Positions 1-10,400 of a stretch of DNA of 64,000 nucleotides are shown here, in pieces (position 1 is the stretch's first letter; every line of letters begins with the position of its first letter). The stretch is from a virus (lineage: Duplodnaviria; Caudoviricetes): the IMG/VR virus record IMGVR_UViG_3300033066_001283, positions 64,001 through 128,000 of that record. One strand, given 5' to 3'. Both the position numbers and the translations under genes were made by a program. The notes beneath the pieces were generated by a model. It searched no databases, was not told the origin of the DNA, and saw only the letters and a program-made list of their open reading frames with translations.

Positions 1-463
1 CCACATGCCCATCACTTAGAATAAAGCCAAGTAGTTCAGCCCATATTTCATTTATTGTAATTATAGGTAACGAAGAGGCTAAGGTTTTATCAGACACCTT
101 ACTATCTTTTCTAGTACAAGTCCAGAAGTATGGTACTTTAACATACGGAAGTTTATTTGAATGCTCAAATTGAGCTAGTTGAAGTTGATCACCAACTTGA
201 AAATCCTTAGCATATTTCCAACCATTACCTCCGTCCTTTAATCTATGAGTTAAACTTACTTCAGTCTCAAACCCCCTCTTAGTGGTAATCTTAAGCGTAT
301 CTTGAACTCCTGCTGAATAGAAATGAGTTGCAGATTTTACTCCATCTTGTGTATGAACATCCAACTTCAAAGGATAGAACATATCAGCTTCTCTTCCTTT
401 ATGGAGATCTTCAATTTTAAAGATGCCTTTAGGAGTGTAAACCTTTGTACTTCCTACAACACA
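1..463 (-). mobile_element. Intein (N-terminal part) in the glycosyltransferase
   Basis: Block A CVVGSTKVYTPKG follows FNLAK; block B-like EVSLTHRL; WKYAKDFQVGD; LAGLIDADG block C-like LLGFILSDG at the window edge. Confidence 0.85.
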
Positions 464-1348
464 TTTTGCTAGGTTAAATTGGCAGCTTAAAATTGGTGCT
501 AATCCTATATCCCAAGCATGTAAACAAGTTGGGTGATCCATAAAATGCTTAGCCTCAATATGCTCAATCCTATCTTCAGGAATATCATAATGATTCTTAA
601 ACCATTCAAACATTTGATAAGAAGAGTTAAATACAAAAAGCATATTAGGATTCTTCTCAAGAAGAGTCTTTATTGAAGATCCAATTAGTTTAAGGTCAGG
701 AACGTGGGTCATACCACCACCCCAGCCAACTACAATCTTATCCTTCCAACGTTCTGGCCTAACAAATTCTTTCTTAGTAAAGATTGGATAACCATTATCC
801 CACTGAACATCTACTCCCCAATCTCTAAAGCTAAAATCAATATAGTTATCTAAAACTGATACATTTCTATTCCACTGGTAGTACCACTTAGCAATTTCTG
901 GAGTTGTAGTAGTAAATCCATGACAAGCTTCAATAACCTTAGGAAGCATCTTTAATTCTGGTGATCCAGGATGATAAGATACATATGCTGGTGATTCTGG
1001 AAGAACTGAATGAAGATCGTCGTCCAGCTCAAACACTAGCAATTTACCTTCCCATGCAACATGTCTGATAGTTTCATATACTTCTTTAGAGTGCTGCCTA
1101 GGAACAATAATTACATCGTGTTTAAAGAAATCATCCATTGAATGGAATGACGAATAGTGTACATCAGCACCATGCATCTTCAACATATGCAGAGGATTAA
1201 TAACTCTATAGTGGCCACAAGCAGAGGTATCCGCTACAAGACCTAATACTTTTAATCCTTTAAATCTATCACTAACTACTATATCTGGGTGGCCAGCTCT
1301 TTTAGGTGCTAAAAGAGTTTGCTTCTCTCTCTCAATTACTTCATTCAT
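1..1348 (-). CDS. Glycosyltransferase (GT-B/GT4-like) with an intein; 3' end lies outside the window
   Basis: Not in the ORF track; translated by hand from ATG at 1348: MNEVIEREK...DTSACGHYRVINPL...VFELDDDL...IVVGWGGGMTHVPDL...WDIGLAPILSCQFNLAK|CVVGSTKV. The GxYR..P, ExDD, GW.G...H..DL and DIGLAP...FN..K motifs are typical of phage GT4-like enzymes. The frame is open to base 1. Confidence 0.8.
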   Translation of the reverse strand, partial: MNEVIEREKQTLLAPKRAGHPDIVVSDRFKGLKVLGLVADTSACGHYRVINPLHMLKMHGADVHYSSFHSMDDFFKHDVIIVPRQHSKEVYETIRHVAWEGKLLVFELDDDLHSVLPESPAYVSYHPGSPELKMLPKVIEACHGFTTTTPEIAKWYYQWNRNVSVLDNYIDFSFRDWGVDVQWDNGYPIFTKKEFVRPERWKDKIVVGWGGGMTHVPDLKLIGSSIKTLLEKNPNMLFVFNSSYQMFEWFKNHYDIPEDRIEHIEAKHFMDHPTCLHAWDIGLAPILSCQFNLAKCVVGSTKVYTPKGIFKIEDLHKGREADMFYPLKLDVHTQDGVKSATHFYSAGVQDTLKITTKRGFETEVSLTHRLKDGGNGWKYAKDFQVGDQLQLAQFEHSNKLPYVKVPYFWTCTRKDSKVSDKTLASSLPIITINEIWAELLGFILSDGHV

Positions 1349-1366
1349 AGCACTATAATTGTAGAA

Positions 1367-1780
1367 TTAACTGGGAATTATTTCCGCCCTGGAATATACT
1401 AATCCTTTTCTCATATCAAGCCTAGATTGAATCTGTACAGTTTTAGCTAAATCTTCCACTGATGAAAACTCAACTAATATTAATACTTCATTTTCTGATA
1501 ATGATATAGCAGTGACGTCAGGAAAGAATAGTAAGTCATCAAATGTTAATGCTTCTAACACTCTAGATTCTATTGCACTATGAACTAAGTCTTCATTAGG
1601 TGCACCAATAAAGTCTTCTAAACTACAGCCAATTCCAGGAGATAATATCCAGTCTCCCTTAGTAGTCTTCAGTCTAAATATAACTTCTTGTGCAATTTGT
1701 TCGTCACCAGAGACTAATAGAAAATCTCCGTTATCTCCTACTTGAACATCTCCTGAATCATTTGTAAGAATGTCTATCAT
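1367..1780 (-). CDS. Baseplate wedge subunit, gp25/GpW-like
   Basis: GDFLLVSGDEQIAQEVIFRLKTTKGDW...PGIGCSLEDFIG matches the gp25-like pattern; it lies at the end of the baseplate cluster. Confidence 0.7.
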   Translation of the reverse strand: MIDILTNDSGDVQVGDNGDFLLVSGDEQIAQEVIFRLKTTKGDWILSPGIGCSLEDFIGAPNEDLVHSAIESRVLEALTFDDLLFFPDVTAISLSENEVLILVEFSSVEDLAKTVQIQSRLDMRKGLVYSRAEIIPS

Positions 1781-2304
1781 TTTGCTACTCCTTGTATAGC
1801 TTTAGAAATAAAATCACCTAATGATGTTGTATAATCTGGAAGCATCTGAGAGATAAGTTCATCCTCAAAGATTTTAGTTCTCTCTATCATACTTTCTAAA
1901 GACACAGTATTAATTACACGATTATTAACTACTACTGATTTATCAGTAAGTAAATACACTTTGCTAAGATCTCCCTTAGGAGATAAAACTTCTTTACCTG
2001 AAAAGACTTTAGTGTTGAAGGTTTTACCTAGGATCTTAAAATTCTCGATATGCTTTGAATTCAAATAAATATTATCAGCAGCTACTACATAGTCTTTACC
2101 AAGATTGTATATATCACCATTAGTACTCAGAAGTACTCTAGCCTTTGCTGCATACAAATCTAATTGTCCTTGGTCTCTACAAACAATTCCAATGGGACCA
2201 TTAGGATGTTTAATTCCTATTTCCCTTGCTGAGTAGTTAAAGGCAATGTGCTTTAAATACTTATCACTAACAGCTTGTGTAAATTGTTGAATAAGACCTT
2301 TCAT
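1777..2304 (-). CDS. Hypothetical baseplate-associated protein
   Basis: 175-aa ORF translationally coupled within the baseplate cluster. Confidence 0.45.
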   Translation of the reverse strand: MKGLIQQFTQAVSDKYLKHIAFNYSAREIGIKHPNGPIGIVCRDQGQLDLYAAKARVLLSTNGDIYNLGKDYVVAADNIYLNSKHIENFKILGKTFNTKVFSGKEVLSPKGDLSKVYLLTDKSVVVNNRVINTVSLESMIERTKIFEDELISQMLPDYTTSLGDFISKAIQGVAK

Positions 2305-3116
2305 TAGAATTTAATAGTTCCACCAGCAATACCGGGAACAGAGATTGACGGCGGCGTTAACTTGACATTAGTATATTTCTGGAATACGCTAGTAAGACTT
2401 ATAGCTTCAGGAGACTTAGAAGCATTAATTGGTTGACCAGTATTAATATCTATCCCTGCTATTAAATCATATAACTGTGCTATAAATTTATAAACACCTA
2501 ACTGTTGATTGCTAATAACATGTGTTCCAGTTCTAATCATTTTACCATAGTATGATCTACCTGATTCACTAGATGTAAATTCTTTACCTGTAGCTGGATC
2601 TATACCTGGTACTTTAACTGGAGAAGCATCAGTGCCAGTAGGAGAGTTATCAGCAGTATCTTGTGGAGTTTGGCTTACATTATGAATGGGATTTATTTGT
2701 CGTCTATGCATATCATAGACTATAGGGTTAGGATTATTAGCTCCATTATGAATCATTTGAGCTTCGTTAATAGCAGTATCAGCATCATCAGCAGCTAGAC
2801 TCTTAGTTTTACCTGTTTCATCACCATATTGAGAAGTAGCATTAGGATTAATATATGCCTGTGTTTCCTTAGACGCCCCAGGCTGCTTTACAACAATAGC
2901 AATACCAGTCTTGATAGTATCTCCATGATCATTTAAAGTATTCTGTGCTTGAGCAAGAGTAATATTGTTTATAGCGTAATAATAAGGATTATCATATAGT
3001 TGATGAGAAATAACTGATAGAGCATTAATAGCTACTCCAGTAGATGAACTCCTATAGAAATCTTGAGATTCATTAGCTCGTTGATCAATTTTCTGCCTAA
3101 ATATACTTGGTAACAT
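2304..3116 (-). CDS. Hypothetical baseplate/tail-tip protein
   Basis: 270-aa ORF coupled by overlapping stop/start codons; function inferred from synteny only. Confidence 0.4.
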   Translation of the reverse strand: MLPSIFRQKIDQRANESQDFYRSSSTGVAINALSVISHQLYDNPYYYAINNITLAQAQNTLNDHGDTIKTGIAIVVKQPGASKETQAYINPNATSQYGDETGKTKSLAADDADTAINEAQMIHNGANNPNPIVYDMHRRQINPIHNVSQTPQDTADNSPTGTDASPVKVPGIDPATGKEFTSSESGRSYYGKMIRTGTHVISNQQLGVYKFIAQLYDLIAGIDINTGQPINASKSPEAISLTSVFQKYTNVKLTPPSISVPGIAGGTIKF

Positions 3117-3751
3117 TATCTACCTACCTTTGTAGCCCAATGAACATACACTATATCATATTTAGATACGTGTCTCGTCTTATTAAACACACCTTGAACC
3201 CAAGACTTTCCTGGTTCAGTAGTATTTCCTTCGATTGTATAAATTGTATCTCCTGGTCCAACTCCAGTTACGATTCCAGTATGTGAAATAGGAGACTTAA
3301 TAGTGAAGATATCTCCAACTCTAGGAGTTCCATCAGCTATTTGATTTCTAATTCCCCACGCTCTCATTTCACTAGTAGAGCCAGTTCTAGGTAAAGGATT
3401 GGGAATTCCTTCTTGCTTACAAGCCTGTCCTACAGCCCAATATGCAAATGCAACACACCATGCTTCACCAGAACTTAAGCCAACAGTTTTCTGAAATTCA
3501 GCTATAGCGGCACCTGAGTTATTTCCTATTTCTAGGGTTCCTACTTTAGATTGTGCAAATTGAAGTACTGAAGAGATTAATGAACTAACTTGAACATTAG
3601 AATTGGGAGAATACACTGAGTTAGTAGTATTAACACCTGTACCAACTACAGCAGAGTTAATAATCTTAGAGAATGGATCTCCCAAAGATAGATTATCTCT
3701 AACTTGATCTAACTTAATACTCAATCTTTCTTTAAGCTTTTCCATATCCAT
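3116..3751 (-). CDS. CHAP-domain peptidoglycan amidase/peptidase, probably virion-associated
   Basis: CHAP motifs AWCVAF (catalytic Cys), HTGIV (His) and TIEGNT. Confidence 0.85.
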   Translation of the reverse strand: MDMEKLKERLSIKLDQVRDNLSLGDPFSKIINSAVVGTGVNTTNSVYSPNSNVQVSSLISSVLQFAQSKVGTLEIGNNSGAAIAEFQKTVGLSSGEAWCVAFAYWAVGQACKQEGIPNPLPRTGSTSEMRAWGIRNQIADGTPRVGDIFTIKSPISHTGIVTGVGPGDTIYTIEGNTTEPGKSWVQGVFNKTRHVSKYDIVYVHWATKVGR

Positions 3752-4440
3752 TATACTAACCCACAGAATATTTTCAAATGGCTAAGTCTATTCATCCAAC
3801 CATTATGATTGGCAGGCCAACCACCACTCTTTACTGATCCTGGAATAGACTGCAAATACTTTATCTGTAATTCTATTGCTTGCTTCGCAACCTCCAATGG
3901 ATTAGTAGTGTTTTTATTATCTCTAATAAATGATATGACAGAACGATTAGTACCGAGGTAGTGAATGTCTAGGAAAATAGCATCTAATGGAACTGGGTAT
4001 GAGGGGCATCCATATTTAAGCCAGTAATTCTTATATACTATTTCACTAGCTTCAGCAGAAGTAATATTCTTAACTGACTGTTGTGGTAAGCCTTTAGATT
4101 TTCTATAAGGATCATAGTCTAGGACTTGTTCAACTCCATACCTACTAGCAGAGTTTCCTCCACCAGCATTATATTCACTACCTTCAACACCATCCTGAAT
4201 CAAGTACTGAAACACTTCCTGAAATCTTCCTGATGAATTAGATGCAGAACCAGCTGCAAATTGAGATGTTATAACTCCTTTCTTATTTGGCACAATATTT
4301 ACTCCTGCAACCATAGGACTAGATACTCCAGTGACTCCTGTATAAGGAAACTTATTACCTAATCCCAAATTATTTCTAGTTTGGTTTAGTTTACTGTTTA
4401 ATATTTTAATGAGATCGTTGGATTCCGGCATTAGTTTCAT
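3751..4440 (-). CDS. GH108-like lysozyme, probably virion-associated
   Basis: EGSEY...SRYGV...VKNITSAEASEIVYKNYW...GWMNRL follows the GH108 pattern EGGY...T.YGI...Y...YW...GW.NR. Confidence 0.7.
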   Translation of the reverse strand: MKLMPESNDLIKILNSKLNQTRNNLGLGNKFPYTGVTGVSSPMVAGVNIVPNKKGVITSQFAAGSASNSSGRFQEVFQYLIQDGVEGSEYNAGGGNSASRYGVEQVLDYDPYRKSKGLPQQSVKNITSAEASEIVYKNYWLKYGCPSYPVPLDAIFLDIHYLGTNRSVISFIRDNKNTTNPLEVAKQAIELQIKYLQSIPGSVKSGGWPANHNGWMNRLSHLKIFCGLV

Positions 4441-7400
4441 TATCCTCTTCTAAAGATTTCATATAAGCTCTGTCAGCAGGATGCTCTACAAACTCTGGAG
4501 GCTTAACTCCTAAGAATGAAGCAATTGTAGCACTTGCAAATGGAATCCATCCTGCACCAGCTGACGGATCAAGATAGTTATGTATAAGTTTATCAGCCCA
4601 AGAAGGAGTATCTCCTACAACTGCACCTTGATGACCTCTAATACCAGCAGTAAAGGGCAATCTACCTGCTCTTAGTGGATAAATTATACCCACTTTTCTA
4701 GCTGCCAACCTAGCATTAAATCCTTCTATCAGGGCATTACCAATAATCAATTTAGTTGCGTCTATAGCAAAACTAATAATTGCTTGTGGTCCAGCATACC
4801 CAACCAATCTTCCACCAGCATAAAGATCTTTACCAATCTCCCAACTATCAGTTGCTAACTTCTTAAGATCTGTAGTAACTTTTTCTAATGCTCTAGCTCT
4901 AGCAGCAGCCTTATCTATTCCTTCTCCTTCTTTAGCCATAGCTCTAACTTCTTCTTGCCATTTATATATTTTTTTAATTCCTCCTACAACAGAGCTTTCA
5001 CTAACTGCTGCGTCCTCTGCAGTTGTAATTACTTGACCTGCAGCCTTTAATGGGAATGTTAAAAGTGAGAAGGATTCCTCCACGATTTGTAAGGGAGTTT
5101 GAGCATTACCTATTCTGTTAACCATTGCTAGCTCAGCACCAGAATCTTTAAGAATCTGAAGAGCTGTTCTAACATTTGTTCCCGAACTTATGAGAAATTC
5201 CCCTTCTTTGGCATCTCTAACAGCAATATCACTAGTTCTGATAATACCAATATTTCTAGACATTTCTGCTTCTTTAGCTGCATTTCCTACGATATTTTTT
5301 ATTCCATCATTAGATAGATTAGTTTGAATCCATTTTGAAGCTTCAGCAATTTCATCGGCTGAATATGGATTAGCAGTTACTATACCACCTTGGTTAAGAG
5401 TAATAAAGAGAGACTTTTCAGATGCCTCATATTTATTAATAGCTTCTAAAGCTTCCGCTTCAGAATTAAATAGTGTTCTAAATACACCTCGTTTGGCTTG
5501 AGCTTTATATTCATCAACCTTAATTTTAAGGCGTTCGTCAGCTTTAATAATATCAAAAAGAACTTGATCTTCAACGTTAGCAGCTTTCACAGTAGGACTA
5601 ATGCCAATTCCTGTATTTATATCAGCAACAGCTTTAATTTCTGTTGCTCTATCAATTTCTATAGACTTCTGACGAAGCTCATCTATTTGCTTAGTTATCT
5701 TTACTCTATCTTCAGCTTTAAGCTTACTTTTATCTTTATCAGTAAGAACCTTTAATTTCTTTTCAAGTGCTTCTTTGGAAGCTTTCTTATACTCTACTAA
5801 GTATTGATCCTTAATATTAGTATTCTTAGCCTTATGCAGAAGAGCATCATATTGATTAGTGTTACCAATTTTCTTAAATTGAGCTTTCCTATTAAGCTTT
5901 CCTTTAATTTGACCAACGGTTGATGCCCACATTATACGCATTGCCATATAATGCATTAGTCTAGTACCAAAGGTAGATAGGCTGATAACATGGCTTTTGC
6001 CAACTAAGCTATTTGCAGGAAGAACTACAGCATCTGGAGATACCATAGTAATGAATCCAGTTTGTGCATCCATTCGATGAATCACTTCTTTTACTAGTAC
6101 TGGACCCCTTAAATCGTAAATATGATCTGAGAATTCAATTAAATCTCGAGGCTTAATAGATGCACATCCTAACATTGTAAACCAGCCTTGGTACATCTCT
6201 TTAACTGAGTCTAGTAGTGCATTAATTACACCATTATTAATCGCAGGTGTTGTTGGTGAAGCACTAAAATACTCTTGAGCCTCTTTTGCCAATAAGCCGC
6301 CTACAACAGGAAGATAGCTAATACCTTTAGCTAAAGTATTTGCAATACCCTCCCAACCAGCCTGTGTTTGAGTTAGGTTAATCCCAGTATCTACTAGCAT
6401 AGTCTTTCTATCAGATTGTGTAATATCACAATCTAAAGAATAAGTAATAGTTTTAACTGCAGCTTCTTTAGTTCCAAATCCTGACCAAGAATGTAATCCA
6501 ATAGCATCTGTAGCCATATTAGATGAATCAGCAATAATATTAACATCTAGCAAGTTGATAGCTGAGCTTGCAATATACATCTGCATATATGGCTTGTATT
6601 TTAGATGGGTAACTAATTCATTAACATCTCTTACAAAGTCTATTTTATCAAAATCAGGTAAAACTAATTCTTTACCGTCAACCTTTGTAGTAGCTGTAGC
6701 TTCAGTTACAGCCCCATTAGAAAGCACATTCGTGCCTCCATAGGAAACTTCTCCCTGAAGGGTTAAACTTTTGCTTCTACTATCATATTTTAATATTTGG
6801 CCATGCTTAAGTTGCAAATTAAATATAGTAGTAAGACTAGCTAACTGTCTAGCATTTCGACTTAATGACCCACCACCAAATGCGTCTATACTATTAGTAT
6901 AATCGGCTATTTCATTACTAGTAACTCTTACAAGGTTAACATATAAATATTCTTTACCCTTCTGTGCATTCTCAATATTAGAATATATTCTGGGGAGTAA
7001 AGCTGCTATTGTATCAATCTCACTACCTAATGCTTTAATTGCCTCTTGATTAGTAGGAGGGTTAGCATCAGAGAAGGGCATACCAGTTAGCGTAGAGAAA
7101 GGAATAAAAGGAATATAGCCTTTAGACACTGGTGTTCCATTAGGACCGTCATTACTATTGGGAGTTTTTACATTAGTATCTAGTTTTAGGTTCTCTGCTG
7201 GAACTGATAAAATGGATTCATCATAGGTATAGTGATATGGGTACCACCATTTACCAAAGAATAGAGTTGATCTTGTACAGAAGGGCTCTGGTGAGGCTAC
7301 AAACTCGTGTGTAGCTCTTCTACAAACTTCTATAACTTTCCATGGGGAAGGCTCATGGACGTCTACAGAGAAGAGATTACGGTCATTGTTATAGGTAGTT

Positions 7401-10400
7401 AACCCTAGAACAAAGTTAAACATTTCAAATGCAGGTAACCCTTGTTCAAGTTTTGAAGGTGCAGATGAGTATATATTTATCTGCATCTCAGCAGGGTGAT
7501 GTAAAAAGTTTTGACCGTAGTATACTTCACCAAAGTGCGCTATTCCTGAAGAGAAATCTCTGAAGTTTCCACCAAATATATTAGTTACAATATTTGGACC
7601 AAGAATTGATTCTACAACAATTGAAGAAGGATCCTTTCCAGCTCCTCCAAAAGCTCCATCAGAGTAAGCATATGAACCATTAGCTTGTGTAAGTTTTGTG
7701 GTAGCTTGCTTCTCTAGTTCAGCTCCATCACCCACAGCAGTTACAGTCAGGTAACCCTCTTGTACTGGAGCTTCAACTACTTGCCCATTAAATACAACAG
7801 GCAATGCACTCGCATCACACCCATATCCCATTCTTACATGTAGTCTTGCACCTGTAGTTAAAACTAATTGCTTTAGTTGATTTTCTCTCCAAATTTTAAT
7901 AACTTCTTGCGGAACATCTTTAACAATTACTTCACTAAACAGATGCCGAACAACATTAACTAAAGCACCATCAGAAATTTCTTTACCAGTTCTTTCATTC
8001 TTTCTTACAAAAAGATCCTGTTGCATAGCTTCCTGCTGGGCATAGGAAGTTAAGTAGTAGAACATATTACTGAAAGTTACTGAACAGGTGCTTGCAGCTT
8101 GATGTCTAGATTTAAATACATCGATAGAAGCAATACCAGTTCTTGTGTAGAAATGATCCCACAATCTTTTATTACCTGCATTCCAATACCAACCTTCGTT
8201 AATAATTAATACTGAAAATGATGGGAATGCTCCAACCAGTCTTCCAAATGGAGAGTACTTCTGCATATCTAGAAGTGCTCCACCAATCGCAACTTCAGTA
8301 GAAGGATCTAGTGCAGATTTAAGCTTCTTAGTTTGAGAAATTAATATCCTAAGTGCCTCTTTAGGATCCTGATCATTATTTAATCCAGCAGCTGCAGCAT
8401 CAGCGTAAATAGGATAAGCTTTAGCTGTATCAGTATAGATCTTACCTCTTTTTTTAGATGGGAAGAAAGAAGTATCAAAATATTTAGGCTTATCTTCCAA
8501 GGCATAATCATCTGTAAATAAAACTAGTGGGCTCAATCCAAAGAAGTATGGGTCCTTTGCTTCAAAATCTACATAAGCTCCATAGACTCTGCAGAGATTG
8601 ATATATGTTGAATAGAAAACATCAACATATACTCCAGCTCTATCGTACGTATTAAGAATTTCCGCAATAATATTAGCGCCTTTATCAGACAGGTCATAAT
8701 CTTTTATTTTATTCTTAATGTCCTCAATAATACTAGACTTAATCTCATTTTCATCTCTATAGGTACTACAGTTTGGATCAAACCACATCATAGTAGCCAT
8801 TAAGACAATTGATGGAATATTATTAAAGTAGCTTTGATAAGCCTTATATCTTTCACAGAATTTATCTAGAATTAACTCCTTAGCTGGTTGACCGCCTTTC
8901 TGAAGAACATCTTTATCAGTATCGTCATCAATAAGAATATTGGAAGCAAAATCTCCAAACGCTTCTGTATTATTGGGCTTATTAATTCTATACTGTCCAT
9001 AATTATCTCGAGCTAAAAATACTGCTCTTAGAATATGAGGATCAATATTAAACTCTTTACCCTTTCTATTAAAGAGCTTATAATCCTCATCAACACCATT
9101 TCCAGACTGGAACCAACGATTATTTATAGCATTATAATAGACCCAAGAACTACGCTTTGCTACCCCTGCATCTATATCTGGAATAGGATTGAAATTTTCA
9201 TTAGACTGGAAGGAAGAAAGAACAGCTTTTTCTATATCACTAACATCTATTTTTGCTATTTCAGACATCTCAACTTTACGAGTGCCACCATCAGTAGTCA
9301 ATCCAGAGAATTCTTTATTAGCGACCGCATACTCTCTACCTATACCTAAAAATCTATCAGTATTAGGAATACTAATTGGAGCAGATGCAGATAATTTGGC
9401 AAATGCAGATCTCCATGCATAACTAAAGTATCTTGTAGTAGTTATATTTGATTTAGGACTTTGACTATTTGGATCCTGGAGATTAGCATTAGGTCCTTTA
9501 GCTAATTCCTTATCAGCTTCTTTCGCAATTATAATAGATTCAGATTTCTTAGCAGCATCAGATTGAAGATCAACCCACCATGATCCTTCTACTGCTCTAT
9601 CATCTAATGGTTGAGTAACATTAGTCTTAATAACTTCTTTTACATTGGGAACAAGTAACTTATCACCATTCTTATCTGCATTAAACATTCTGGTGTTATA
9701 AGTATTTTCAGGATCAATATGATTCTTATTAACTGCTAGATACTCTGGCATCTCTACTGAAGAAATACCATATTCAGGAGAATATTCAGTATAGAAATCA
9801 GTTTTATCTGTTTTACCTGAAGCTTCACCTACGTTATTAAACTTACCAAATTGATCTGTAGCAACAATATGAAAGGCATGCTGGAAGCTATCTTTAGCTC
9901 CATAATAGCAGTAGAAATCTGGATCAACTCTAGCTCCTGGAAGTGCTTGAGAGTAGGCTGAAGGTGCATCATCCCAAGTAGCAATTAAGTTATAATCTCT
10001 TTCTATAAACTCTCGACAATGCTCAAATATTACTTGCTCTTCTGGAGTAAGTTTTAGAGTTAATGCTTCTATACCCGTTACAGTAGCCCACTTATTTTTC
10101 TTATATTCAGTAGCGATCATTCTAAGGGTATTAACCCAGAAATAAAGCTCATTCTTAGTGGGAAGCTGCATATCAGGATAAACTTCCTGCTCTGCTAAGG
10201 CACCTTGAAGAGAAAACCATTCTAATCCTTTCTGAAGAATAGGATTCCAGTTAGGGTCAGAATTAAATCCGTATTCAGCTACACGATTCATTGAGTTAAA
10301 TGTTGTAGGTAGAAATTGGACTCTTTCAGCTTTCTTTAAAGCAACATCATAGTCAATAAGATTAAAAGAGAAATTCCATACATTGGGCTGCTGGTCTGTA

